From the NCBI GenBank assembly GCA_950097015.1, contig CATNEN010000012.1, forward strand, positions 2,108,001 through 2,172,000: a DNA stretch of 64,000 nt. Direction: 5' to 3'. Below are positions 36,701 through 49,129 of the stretch, piece by piece. Under the pieces are notes generated by a model. It saw only the letters and a list, made by a program, of their open reading frames with translations, was not told the DNA's origin and ran no database searches. Origin of the DNA: Macrostomum hystrix (lineage: Eukaryota > Animalia > Platyhelminthes). Within the stretch, counting starts at the first letter, position 1. The number at the start of each line of letters is the position of its first letter. The translations under genes and the position numbers were made by a program.

Positions 36701-39199
36701 TCTGCCTGCCTACTTGCATACCCAGTCTACCTGCCTACTTGCATACCCAATCTGCCTACTTACTTGCTGCCCAATCTACCTGCCTACTTACTACTTACTG
36801 CCTACTGCCTTATCTACCTACCCAATCTACCTGCCTACTTGCCTACCCAATCTACCTGCCTACTTGCCTACCCAATCTACCTGCCTACTTGCCTACTCAA
36901 TCTACCTGCCTACTTGCCTACTCAATCTACCCGCCTACTTGCCTACCCAATCTACCTGCCTACTTGCCTACTCAATCTACCTGCCTACTTGCCTACCCAA
37001 TCTACCTGCCTACTTGCCTACCCAATCTACCTGCCTAATCTACCTACCCAATCTACCTGCCTACTTGCCTACCCAATCTACCTGCCTACTTGCCTACCCA
37101 ATCTACCTGCCTACTTGCCTACTCAATCTACCTGCCTACTTGCATACCCAATCTACCTGCCTACTTGCCTACTCAATCTACCTGCCTACTTGCCTACTCA
37201 ATCTACCCGCCTATTTGCCTGGCTGAGTAACTAAATAGGTATCTAACTATCTACGTATCTAAAACACACGAGTATTCTTTTTTTAATATTGGTTTTGAAG
37301 GCACTATAATTCTAGTTTTTATCTATTTTAGAAAGCAACACATCAGAAGCAGCAGCAGCAGCTGTGGGTGACATTGATCGCAGCGGCGTTCGCCTACCTT
37401 ACCTAGCCGACGCCGGTTGCACTTTAGTCGGCTACGCTGCCGTAGCCGTCGCCCTCCGCTTCGGCTACGCATTATTATCTATCGCCGGTTCGCCGCTGAA
37501 ATATCGCCGCCTAGCCGGCACAGTCTACCTGATAGTGAAGCTCTGCCTGCTCACCGCCTTACTAGTGGCGCTCTGTCCTCTGGTCTGCGGGCTCTGGCTA
37601 GACCTTGGCTCACTGCGCCTATTGAATGCCACCGTCCGGGACAGGCGGCTAGCCTTCGAAACTGTGCCTGGCGCCTTCCTGCTAGTGCACTGGCTCCTAG
37701 GCCTGCTCTCCGTGATCTACTCTGTGCTATTCTTCTGCCTGTTTGTCCGCGACGCATTCCGGCCCGGCCTATTCCCGGCACCCGAGGCCGAGCCCAACCC
37801 GCTGCTCCGCCTGGTCCGCCTGCCCTGGCTGGCTACGGCTACAGCCACCTCCGTCTGTCTGGTTGGCTTCGGCTGCCTGTCACTTCTGCTGCTGTATTTG
37901 CCAGCCAGACTGCTGGCCATTGCTGTGCCCGGCTTTCTGCCCTACCGGGTCACTTATAGCAGCGAGAGCGACCTGTCTTTTATCGAGTTTTTATTGTGGC
38001 AGGTGAGCCTGGGTTTTTCTTCAACCTGGCGCCTGTTTCTTTTCTGAAATGCCACTTCTAAAGTGCCAGTTTCTAAAAAGTGCCAGTTTCTAAAAAGTGC
38101 CAGTTTCTAACGTGTCCGTTTCTGAAGTTCCAGCTTCTGAGTTTCCTGTTTCAAAAGTGCCAGTTTTCTATTACCTGCCCCAGAAGTTCCTCACACCTGT
38201 CTGATTACATTCGCCTATCTCATTCTAACCAAGGTGGCCTTCCCGGCCATGATGGACCAGGGCCACGTGAAAGCCAGCCTGCAGGCCGCTGTGCACCGAG
38301 CCATCCGATTGGCTGGCAGTATCTCCGGCCTATCAGATTTTCTGCTCGCCCGCGTCGGCGACCAGCCGCCGCTGGCCAACGACCCGGCGCCCATCCGGCC
38401 GACGCCAGCCCGCCTAGCCGTGTTCGCTGCCAGCCTGTCAGTCTCGGCTATCATAGGCGCCGCCATTTGCATGCTCTGCCCAGTCCTGATTGGCCGCTGC
38501 CTACTGCGCCCATTCCAATTGGACACTGTTAACGAATTGTACACAGCCGCATGCGGACTCTACGTCTGCTGGGCCATGCTGTCTATGGGCCATCTCATCG
38601 CTGATTGGCTGCCGTGGAATCGAGCCCAACTATTAGGCCTGCTGCGTCAGTGGACTTGCCTACTGGCCAAGATGCTGGCCTTGGGAGCCCTGTACGCAGC
38701 TTTGGCGCCACTGCTCCTTGGCGTGCTATTCGAGAAGGTCGTCATGATACCACTCCGCCTGCCAGACGGCTGTTCGCCTGTTCTAAACCCGTTTCATTGT
38801 TGGTTCACCGGCCTACTATTGTGCAAGTTCATCACCGGCTGCCTGTTTGTTGGGCCAAATTTTCGGTTGAAAGCTGCCCTGGAGCGCCTGTACGAGGAGG
38901 GCCTAGCTCGGGTGCCGTTCGCCTTCATCTGGCGCGAGCTCTACTGCCCGGTGCTGCTGTTTCTAGGCGCTCCGCTCGCGGGGCCGCACCTCATCCTGCA
39001 CGGCTGCCTGCCCTTGTTTGTCTCCGATCCCACAGTGCTGCTTGAGGCCTCCCGGCATCTGCACTTTCTGGCCACATCCACTGGGGCAGCCCTGGCTATA
39101 ATCACCTACGAGGTCAGACAGTTTCGAAGGTTCTATCAGCACCTGGTCAATGATCGCTACCTGGTTGGCCAGCGATTGGTTAACTATCACCCAGACTAA
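33754..39199 (+). CDS. MARCHF6: MARCH6/TEB4/Doa10-like ER RING-CH E3 ubiquitin ligase (about 941 aa, 6 exons)
   Basis: Exons 33754-33948, 34030-34290, 35175-35603, 36157-36460, 37332-38002, 38234-39199, all in phase. RING-CH CRVCR...[20 protein letters not shown]...CELC, then [26 protein letters not shown], many TM helices and C-terminal [13 protein letters not shown]. Confidence 0.93.
34296..35030. repeat. C-rich minisatellite (CCTACCTGCCTGCACAC-like), MARCH6 intron 2
   Basis: Read directly; starts 5 nt after the start of the intron (34291). Confidence 0.93.
35659..36128. repeat. 27/30-bp tandem repeat (CCCCATGTCTAGTTTCAGATCCCAGAT), MARCH6 intron 3
   Basis: Read directly. Confidence 0.95.
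36590..37215. repeat. 25-bp tandem repeat (CTACCCAATCTACCTGCCTACTTGC), MARCH6 intron 4
   Basis: Read directly. Confidence 0.93.
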
Positions 39200-40124
39200 C
39201 CTGTCTGCCTGTCTGCCTGACTGTCTGCTTGTCTTTCTTCATTTCTGATTGTTTGCGCGTCTGTAGGTCTGGTCTGATGATGCTATCACTGATGCTGGTA
39301 AAATAAGTGATCCTTCAATTATTAGTATAATTATTTCTGACGATTTCTTAGAAATAATTCCTTTTATTTTCTTAGAAAGAATTCCTTCCAATTTCTTAGA
39401 ATATATTTCCCCTAATTTCTTAAAAAGTTTTTTTCCAAATTTCTTGGAAAGAATTCCTTCCAATTTCGTCATTACTATAAAAATGGTTGGTTGTAACCTT
39501 ACCTTGTATTGCTGAGTGTCACACTTTTCCGTGCTAATTTCTCCTAGTCCAAAGCATTGATGGCTGGGACAGCCTCTTCGCATATGCCAGCTTTTTAGAA
39601 TTGTTGTTTTCCTTGAAGTTTTTCTCCAAGATTTGTAACATACATATTTTTTGCTAAATAACTAATCGCGTTTTTAGGTTGCCTACTTGAAGTAGAGCAT
39701 TGCGAATTTCTAGCGGCGATTTTTTCTAAATGTTAACTGGAAAAACATTTGGACTGCACGCCGCATGCCTGAAATAGCAGATTATTAATGCATCCATAAT
39801 CACTTGCAAATGGCATTAGTATTGCTATTCTTAGTCTGAATTTACCCTACTAATACACATCTCGGATCTGTCTATAAACACACCTACGCAAACACACCCA
39901 TTTTTAAGCATCTAATGGCCTATATAAAGTTGTGTGTAGATATTAGTAGCTTCATGTTATAGTTACTATAATACGACTTGATATGTACTATTCTCTATGT
40001 GTAATGCTTTACCGCCCAATACTATTTGTATATTGGATATTTCTTGAAGCTAAATCTGGCATTCAAATCAAAACCATGGCCTTGACTTTCTTAATCATTT
40101 TAGAAGAATAATAGTCCATTCCCT

Positions 40125-41333
40125 ATTTGAGAATCGTCCCTTTCCTATTTGGGAACCGTCCCTTTCCTGTTTGAGAACCGTCCCTTTCCTGTTTTTGAGA
40201 ACCGTCCCTCTCCTGTTTGAGAACCGTCCCTCTCCTGTTTTTGAGAACCGTCCCTTTCCTGTTTTTGAGAACCATCCCTCTCCTGTTTTTGAGAACCGTC
40301 CCTTTCCTGTTTGAGAACCGTCCCTTTCCTGTTTGAGAACCGTCCGTTTCCTGTTTTTGAGAACCGTCCCTCTCCTGTTTTTGAGAACCGTCCCTTTCCT
40401 GTTAGAGAATCGTCCCTTTCCTGTTTTTGAGAATCGTCCCTTTCCTGTTTGAGAACCGTCCCTTTCCTGTTTTTGAGAACCATCCCTCTCCTGTTTTTGA
40501 GAACCGTCCCTTTCCTGTTTGAGAACCGTCCCTTTCCTGTTTGAGAACCGTCCGTTTCCTGTTTTTGAGAACCGTCCCTCTCCTGTTTTTGAGAACCGTC
40601 CCTTTCCTGTTAGAGAATCGTCCCTTTCCTGTTTTTGAGAATCGTCCCTTTCCTGTTTGAGAATCGTCCCTTTCCTGTTTGAGAATCGTCCCTTTCCTGT
40701 TTGAGAACCGTCCCTTTCCTGTTTGAGAACCGTCCCTTTCCTGTTTGAGAACCGTCCCTTTCCTGTTTGAGAATCGTCCCTTTCCTGTTTGAGAACCGTC
40801 CCTTTCCTGTTTGAGAATCGTCCCTTTCCTGTTTGAGAACCGTCCCTTTCCTGTTTGAGAATCGTCCCTTTCCTGTTTGAGAACCGTCCCTTTCCTGTTT
40901 GAGAATCGTCCCTTTCCTGTTTTTGAGAATCGTCCCTTTCCTGTTTTTGAGAATCGTCCCTTTCCTGTTTGAGAACCGTCCCTTTCCTGTTTTTGAGAAC
41001 CATCCCTCTCCTGTTTTTGAGAACCGTCCCTTTCCTGTTTGAGAACCGTCCCTTTCCTGTTTGAGAACCGTCCGTTTCCTGTTTTTGAGAACCGTCCCTC
41101 TCCTGTTTTTGAGAACCGTCCCTTTCCTGTTAGAGAATCGTCCCTTTCCTGTTTTTGAGAATCGTCCCTTTCCTGTTTGAGAATCGTCCCTTTCCTGTTT
41201 GAGAATCGTCCCTTTCCTGTTTGAGAACCGTCCCTTTCCTGTTTGAGAATCGTCCCTTTCCTGTTTGAGAATCGTCCCTTTCCTGTTTTTGAGAATCGTC
41301 CCTTTCCTGTTTGAGAATCGCCCTTTCCTGTTT
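40125..41333. repeat. 22/24-bp tandem repeat (GAGAATCGTCCCTTTCCTGTTT[TT]), block 1
   Basis: Read directly. Confidence 0.95.
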
Positions 41334-42336
41334 AAGAAATAATTGTGTCTTTTACGTTATCATTTATGATAATTCGTCAATCTGTAATGTTTATTACAGG
41401 TATTGAATTTGAGGTGTCCGTTATGTGGTCAATTTGAAACAAAAGGGAGTCCAGTAAATTCTTTACAGCGCAGTTAAAATGCGAAAACAGTATTTAAATT
41501 TTAACTTTCAGCTTTCTTCATTAAAACAAGCGTGGACTCAAAAAAATAGCGACCTAAATGTAAACTAGCTAAGCATGACAGCATTTAACACAGATTGATT
41601 AAGCATCCTGTTTTTGAGAATCGTCCTTTCCTGTTTTTGAGAATCGTCCGTTTCCTGTTTGAGAACCGTCCCTTTCCTGTTTGAGAATCGTCCCTTTCCT
41701 GTTTGAGAATCGTCCCTTTCCTGTTTTTGAGAATCGTCCTTTCCTGTTTTTGAGAACCGTCCGTTTCCTGTTTGAGAATCGTCCCTTTCCTGTTTTTGAG
41801 AATCGTCCTTTCCTGTTTTTGAGAACCGTCCGTTTCCTGTTTGAGAACCGTCCGTTTCCTGTTTGAGAATCGTCCCTTTCCTGTTTGAGAATCGTCCCTT
41901 TCCTGTTTTTGAGAATCGTCCTTTCCTGTTTTTGAGAACCGTCCGTTTCCTGTTTGAGAATCGTCCATTTCCTGTTTGAGAATCGTCCGTTTCCTGTTTG
42001 AGAATCGTCCCTTTCCTGTTTGAGAATCGTCCCTTTCCTGTTTGAGAATCGCCCTTTCCTGTTTAAGAAATAATTATGTCTTTTACGTTATCATTTATGA
42101 TAATTCGTCAGTCTGTAAAGTTTATTACAGGTATTGAATTTGAGGTGTCCGTTATGTGGTCAATTTGAAACAAAAGGGAGTCCAGTAAATTCTTTACAGC
42201 GCAGTTAAAATGCGAAAACAGTATTTAAATTTTAACTTTCAGCTTTCTTCATTAAAACAAGCGTGGACTAAAAAAAACGACATAAATGTAAACTAGCTAA
42301 GCATGACAGCATTTAACACAGATTGATTAAGCATCT
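41334..42336. repeat. Direct duplication of about 273 bp of unique sequence (41334-41607 and 42065-42336) flanking block 2 of the 22/24-bp repeat (41608-42064)
   Basis: AAGAAATAATT..TCTTTTACG...GATTGATTAAGCATC occurs twice with only a few substitutions or indels. Confidence 0.92.
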
Positions 42337-42463
42337 ACAACATGTTGACAGGGCAGAACAAGATCGAACAGAAAATTTCACGGGTAGTGCATTGCATGGG
42401 TGAAGGCTGAAGCAATCGGTGGCTATTGTCTATGGGAGAATCCGAAGCTGATTGTGTGACTGC

Positions 42464-43634
42464 TTACTCCACCGGCTCGAAGTAGTTCGGGTAATTGCGC
42501 AACGCGCCGATCAGCTCCGGCGGCATCGGCATACGAGTCTTGTTCATCAGCGACTTCAGGAACTTCAGCTCTCGCACCACTGACTCTACCTTCTTGCGCA
42601 GGTCGTCATTGCAGAGCCGTAGCCGGCCTAGGGTCTGGTCAACCACCTGCTCGCGGGCGCGCGTCTTGGCGCGGCTCTTCCGCACGGCGACATTGTTGCG
42701 TTCCCGCCGGCGCCTGTAATCGCGATCGTCGCCCTTGGTCGAGACGACATCGTCCTCATCGTCTTGATCGTCGGCGTCCTGATCGGAGTCGGCTGTGCGT
42801 CGTCGCTGACGACGCTGCTGCTGTGGGCGCCGGCTCCGCGTTGTGGGAGCTATTGAAGTGGTTTCCATGTCAACAAGGTCAATTGCGGTGACTCCGGTGG
42901 TTGAGCCGCCAGTCAGCTTGCTGACCTGATCCGGGGTCAGGGGGATGATGGACACGCCGGTGTCAGTCGCTGGTGGGGCTGCCGGCGCGTTGGTGGACGC
43001 CGAGGAGCCACGGGTTTCGAAGCTGCTGTATAGCTCCTGCAGTGCCGGGTGCTGCTGCTGCTGCTCCAAGCTGGGCATAATGGAGGACCAGTCCATCAGG
43101 CAGACGTTGGGGTCCTTGAGGAATACTCCTGAGTTCTGCCGGCTAAACAGCAGACTGTCTAGCGAGTCTAAGATCTGGCAGTGCTGATGATTGGGAAGGT
43201 CAAATGGAAGCTGCTTAGCCTCGACTGGCTCGGTGAGAAAGTGCTCGTCGCACTCGACGATAACGGTGTGCGCCTGCTTGCGCTTGCTACTGCAGCCGAC
43301 CGTTGGCATCCAGTTGATCGCTGAGCCCATCAACTCCTGCATAGCTGTTAGATCCGATTGGCATTGTGCTAGTTCTGCCTCAGGCACAAGTAGGTCGCTA
43401 ATTGAAAATTGTCGTTTGGGGAATAGATCCACTGTCACTGAGACGGCTTCGCTGTTGGAGTTCACGGTGATGCCGGAGAGTTTGCTCGGTTGTGGAAAAC
43501 TATTTGCGGCCGCTGCGGCCTTAGATTGACACACCTAGTGGTACTTGCTGAGGTTCGATCGACTGGCAGACGGTAGGCCTGTTGTCTACCGGCAGCTGCT
43601 TGCTGGGCTGAAACAGCGATAACTGCTTTAACAT
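42464..43634 (-). CDS. cebp: C/EBP-family bZIP transcription factor (start uncertain: 371 aa if 43535-43589 is spliced, 292 aa from ATG 43342)
   Basis: Basic region DRDYRRRRERNNVAVRKSRAK and zipper LRLCNDDLRKKVESVVRELKFLKSLM match the C/EBP family. The frame is open from 43534 to the stop at 42464. Confidence 0.88.
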
Positions 43635-43689
43635 GGACTTAAGAGTGCGCCTGTTTCTGCTACGGTTGGAAAAGGCTTTCTCGCAAGGC

Positions 43690-43770
43690 TCTAGTCGTAT
43701 TTAACAGCCCCATCTGGGGGTGGCGGGTGGGTGTGCGGTTCTATTTTTAGCCACTGAGGTCACACGATCC
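43690..43770 (-). promoter_or_regulatory. Candidate proximal promoter of the C/EBP gene
   Basis: On the minus strand: CRE-like TGACCTCA (about 43754-43761), a CCACCC/CCGCCA GC-rich tract, then TATA-like TTAAATA (about 43699-43705), about 65 nt upstream of ATG 43634. Confidence 0.35.
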
Positions 43771-45157
43771 ACCTTGGCTTCCAGTTCTGAATCAGGCGTC
43801 GCCTGCGTGGCATTAAATTTTGAGTGTACACTGGCGCGCTTTCCGAAGCTGGTCTAAAAATAGCATCTGAATCAGCGCCGACCGTTCCTGTCCTCTTCTT
43901 ATGTTACCCCAACTTAGACTTAGCTCAGTGTTTTCTCTTGCATACTGGCACTGTCGCCCTTGACAACCTAGAACGCTAGCTCTCTCTCCACTCCCGTCTG
44001 TCAAACTTCCCTAGTGAGCTACCACTCATTATAAGCTAAGCTATTATGCTATCTTACAACACATACTGGTGCTTACAGTGTTCTCACTATTGTGTAGTAC
44101 CCCTGTCTCAATTATTGTGAGACCTTAGCTGTTTTTGTTCGTGGAGCTGTTTTATTAAAAGCAAGATTTTAATATAAATCGAGACCTCTTTGATTACGAT
44201 AATACGATCGAGATTGTGTGTTCAAATAAATCAAGTTTTTAGCTTCGATTTTATTTTCATGGAATCTTCTACAATCTTCATAGCAAAGTTTGTGCTTATA
44301 GACTCGAATCCAAAAAACAGTGGCGTTTGTGTTTTAAAAAGTTCACACGCTAAATTCTACGCTTGCCAACAAGAAAGAGCAGTGGCTGTGAGTCAAAGTG
44401 CTATTTATAGCCACAGCACAATATATTGTCGCAATATGGCGAAATTTTCTTTAATTTAGCGGAAAATCTCGAGTCCTTACTGATTCGCACTACTTACAAG
44501 TAGACATTTTGGGAAGAGTTAATTATTATATATTTCGTAACACTAGATTATCCGCGAAATCTAGCCATTCGAGGATCTAATAAAAATCGAAATTGCTTGC
44601 TAATAAATCGAGCTCGACAGAAATCTAATTGCAAATTCTAAGATGAAAGGAGTGAAAATCGACCCGGTCCCAGGGCGGGGGGCAAACAGTTTAAGCGGAA
44701 TCAATCAATTTGTATTACAATGAGCCAGACAGAAGCTCGGAGCCTGCGAAATGCTCCCAAAACCCTTTCATTTGCGTTCGATAAAACGGCTAAAAATTAT
44801 ATCGCCTTTGACTACAATTCTGTTTGTTTTGCTTTCCATTAACACGTGCCAAATTAGGCGCTCTCAAAATCGGGCAAATTCGATAGAAACGAAAAATTCT
44901 TAATCCCATCTGTTGGAAAATTCCCTGGATAGTTAGTGGATGGAGAACAGAAATTTGCATGGGTGAGGTGAGTAGGTCTGGAGCAAGCGGGCATTACGGC
45001 TTAAATATGCATATAAAAATATCGATAATGCTAGTTCTACTTTGTACAGGAAAACTTTCTGTTGTGTTTCGTGTAATTTGGATTTCGTTAAGAGTTGATA
45101 TTTATTTTATTAAAGATTAAAATAATTACGATGTTAATAGGGATTGAATGAATTCGA

Positions 45158-47022
45158 TATGGTTGAATTTGGGATATCATTGAATTTGGGATATCATTGA
45201 ATTTGGGATATCATTGAATTTGGGATATCGTTGAATTTGGGATATCGTTGAATTTGGGATATCGTTGAATTTGGGATATCGTAAAAAATGTAATATCGTT
45301 GAATTTGGGATATCATTGAATTCGGGATATAGTTGAATTTGGGATATCGTTGAATTTGGGATATCATTGAATTTGGGATATCGTTGAATTTGGGATATCG
45401 TTGAATTTGGGATATCGTTAAATTCGAAATATCGTTGAATTTCAAATATCGTTGAATTTGGGATATCGTTGAATTTGGGATATCGTTAAAATTGGAATAT
45501 CATTGAATTTGGCATATCGTTGAATTTGGGATATCGTTAAATTTGGGATACAGTTGAATTTAAAATATCGTTGAATTTGGGATATCGTTGAATTTGGGAT
45601 ATCGTAAAAAATGTAATATCGTTGAATTTGGGATATCGTAAAAAATGTAATATCGTTGAATTTGGGATATCATTGAATTCGGGATATAGTTGAATTTGTG
45701 ATATCGTTGAATTTGGGATATCGTTGAATTTGGGATATCGTTGAATTTGGGATATCATTGAATTCGGGATATAGCTGAATTTGGGATATCGTTTAATTTG
45801 GGATATCGTTGAATTTGGGATACAGTTGAATTTAAAATATCGTTGAATTTGGGATATCGTTGAATTTGGGATATCGTTGAATTTGGGATATCGTTGAATT
45901 TGGGATATCGTTGAATTTGGGATATCGTAAAAAATGTAATATCGTTGAATTTGGGATATCATTGAATTCGGGATATAGTTGAATTTGGGATATCGTTGAA
46001 TTTGGGATATCGTTGAATTTGAGATATCGTTAAAATTGGAATATCATTGAATTTGGCATATCGTTGAATTTGAGATATCGTTGAATTTGGGATATCGTTA
46101 AAATTGGAATATCATTGAATTTGGCATATCGTTGAATTTGGGATATCGCTAAAATTGGAATGTCATTGAATTTGGGATATCGTTGAATTTGGGATATCGT
46201 TAAATTCGAAATATCGTTGAATTTGGGATATCGTTGAATTTGGGATATCGTTGAATTTGGGATATCGTTGAATTTGGGATATCGTTGAATTTGGGATATC
46301 ATTGAATTTGGGATATCATTGAATTTGGGATATCGTTGAATTTGGGATATCGTTGAATTTGGGATATCGTTAAATTCGAAATATCGTTGAATTTCAAATA
46401 TCGTTGAATTTGGGATATCGTTGAATTTGGGATATCGTTAAATTTGGGATACAGTTGAATTTAAAATATCGTTGAATTTGGGATATCGTTGAATTTGGGA
46501 TATCATTGAATTTGGGATATCGTTGAATTTGGGATATCGTAAAAAATGTAATATCGTTGAATTTGGGATATCGTAAAAAATGTAATATCGTTGAATTTGG
46601 GATATCATTGAATTTGGGATATAGTTGAATTTAAAATATCGTTGAATTTGGGATATCGTTGAATTTGGGATATCGTTAAAATTGGAATATCATTGAATTT
46701 GGTATATCGTTGAATTTGGGATATCGTTAAATTTGGGATACAGTTGAATTTAAAATATCGTTGAATTTGGGATATCGTTGAATTTGGGATATCGTTGAAT
46801 TTGGGATATCATTGAATTCGGGATATCGTTGAATTTGGTATATAGTTGAATTTCGGATATCGTTGAATTTAGGATATAGTTGAATTTGGGATATCATTGA
46901 ATTTGGGATATCGTTGAATTTGGGATATCGTTGAATTTGGTATATAGTTGAATTTGGGATATCGTTGAATTTGGAGTATCGTTAAATTCGAAATATCGTT
47001 GAATTTCGAATATCGTTGAATT
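45158..47022. repeat. 17-bp tandem repeat (GTTGAATTTGGGATATC), about 110 copies, with recurring variant blocks
   Basis: Read directly. Confidence 0.96.
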
Positions 47023-47087
47023 TTCCACTAGTGCAAGTATAGGCCATGGGTCTAGTTAATTACTTGTAGTTCAGCAGGTGCACTCAC

Positions 47088-47534
47088 AAACTGCCCAGTT
47101 CTACCTGGCAGCCGAGCGAACCACTTGACCTCAAATCCAGCAGCTCTCTTGTTTCCTTTCCCTGCAGAGAGTAAAAAAACTGCAGCAATTTTCTGGGTCT
47201 GAAATCGGAGGCGACTCGCAAAATAAAGTCAGAGATTTTTCGCTCCTCTACTCCAATGTCGTTTCTGAACGCTACGGTGTCCCAATCTTGACGTGAGGAT
47301 TTTCTGTTGGCTAGGCTTGTAGGATTTGGGACAATTCTGTGCCAGCCACCCCACCAGACCAGACCTTCTTCCTTCTCAGAAATCAGCAGAAACCTCGTCT
47401 CCCTCGCCTCTCTTCCCTGCTTCCCCGCCTGCCAATAAAAGCATGCCAAGCACTTACGCAAACACAAAACAAACACGCAGTTGGAGTTCGTTCTCAGACG
47501 GCACCTCGGCTAGGCGGACATAATCAGATTTCAT
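47088..47534 (-). other. Two candidate spliced leader-region exons (47458 to at least 47534, and 47088-47161) of a minus-strand transcript
   Basis: Consensus donor GTAAGT at 47457, acceptor TTTTTTTACTCTCTGCAG at 47162, and donor GTGAGT at 47087. The downstream partner exon is not established. Confidence 0.45.
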
Positions 47535-47924
47535 TCAGCACATCTATTGGTAAATTTCTGTTTTTTGGTTGAACTTTATCAAGCACAGCAGATTAATTTC
47601 CTTTCCATCAATATTTGTTGATAAACCCGACCAGCTCTTCGAATGCAGCTGGTCAGGACTGGGAACACGCTCAATTTACAAGTGAAATAAAGTGAGATCT
47701 CTAAGGCAGCTGAGATTTTCGTATTCTCTTCTTCGTGTGTACTGAAATCCTTCATAATCATTTCTGACATGCATTTTTATATTCTAAATCATATATTTTT
47801 AAAATAGTGCTCTATTATTTGTTTCATTCATCTGTTTGCTAGTGTTTAATTTTTGCTTAAATCATGGGTGCTTTTTTCTTACCATCTCACAACTGACTAC
47901 TTCTTACGTCTGTTCTTATCATTA

Positions 47925-48420
47925 TTCTGCTCTCTCTTCTCCTCATTCTCCACCCACCTCTCACTTCCTCACTTCTCTTCTCTCTTCTCCATTCTTTCTC
48001 CTCTCTCCTCTCTCCTCTCTCCTATCTCCCCTCTCCTATCTCCTCTCTCCTATCTCTCCTCTGCTATCTCCTCTCTCCTATCTCTCCTCTCCTATCTCCT
48101 CTCGCCCCTCTCCTCTTTCCTATCTCCTCTCTCCTCTCTCCTCTTTCCTCTCTCCTATCTCCCCTCTCCTATCTCCCCTCTCCTCTCTCCTCTCTCCTCT
48201 CTCCTATCTCCTATCTCCCCTCTCCTATCTCCCCTCTCCTATCTCCTCTCTCCTATCTCCCCTCTTCTATCTCCTCTCTTCTATCTCCCCTCTGCTATCT
48301 CCCCTCTCCCCCCTCTTCTCCCCTCTCTCCTATCTGTTCTCTCCTCTCTCCCCTCTCCTCTCTCCTCTCTCTTCTCTCTTATCTCCTCTTTCCTCTCTCC
48401 TCTCTCTTATCTCCTCTTTT
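47925..48420. repeat. CT-rich low-complexity / degenerate minisatellite
   Basis: CTATCTCCTCT-type units read directly. Confidence 0.9.
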
Positions 48421-49129
48421 TTCAGCAATTTTTTGCCCATTTCATCAAGGAATGTTTCATTTCTGAGCCCCAGTCTTATCTCCAGTTTCAGTTGTTGTCT
48501 TCGAATAAGTAACAAAATTGCCACACTAGTCTTATCGGAAGCCGACACACTAAACCTGGCATTTATTTATACTGGCCCAGATCAAACCTGATACAAGGCT
48601 ATTGCCTGGGCTCCATCGCTTATCATCCTGAATTTCACTTGCCATCCGATCTGGTCGGAGGTCGCCCCTAATTCAGTGCCGGCTCTTTGCAATCTATTGC
48701 ATTGGGCACTTTCAGTTTGAACCCCGCCTGTGTCATATATTATTCCTTTAGACCAATCAACAGACGCCATCTCAAGCCTATTCCATATTTTATTTAAGAA
48801 ATTTTAGTTCCCGTGTGTAATAAAACAAAGTTAACAACCCGCAAAGCACTTGTCCATATTGCATATTTAATATTGTTGCAGGCCATTCTTGCGACACTCG
48901 ACCCGAAAGTCGCCCACCTGCGCTTTATAGTTAATGACAGCACGTGACGCATTGATAAAATCTGGAATGCTAATTTAGAAATTGCCCTAACACATCTGCC
49001 AGTTATACAGATGACGCAGTACCCTCATCCACATTATTATTAATTTTCTACGGGTGTATATTCTGTCACTGTATATTTTTTTGTACTGGAAGTCTTAAAA
49101 TGCCCAATTCTCAATTAAATCCTTTCTTC

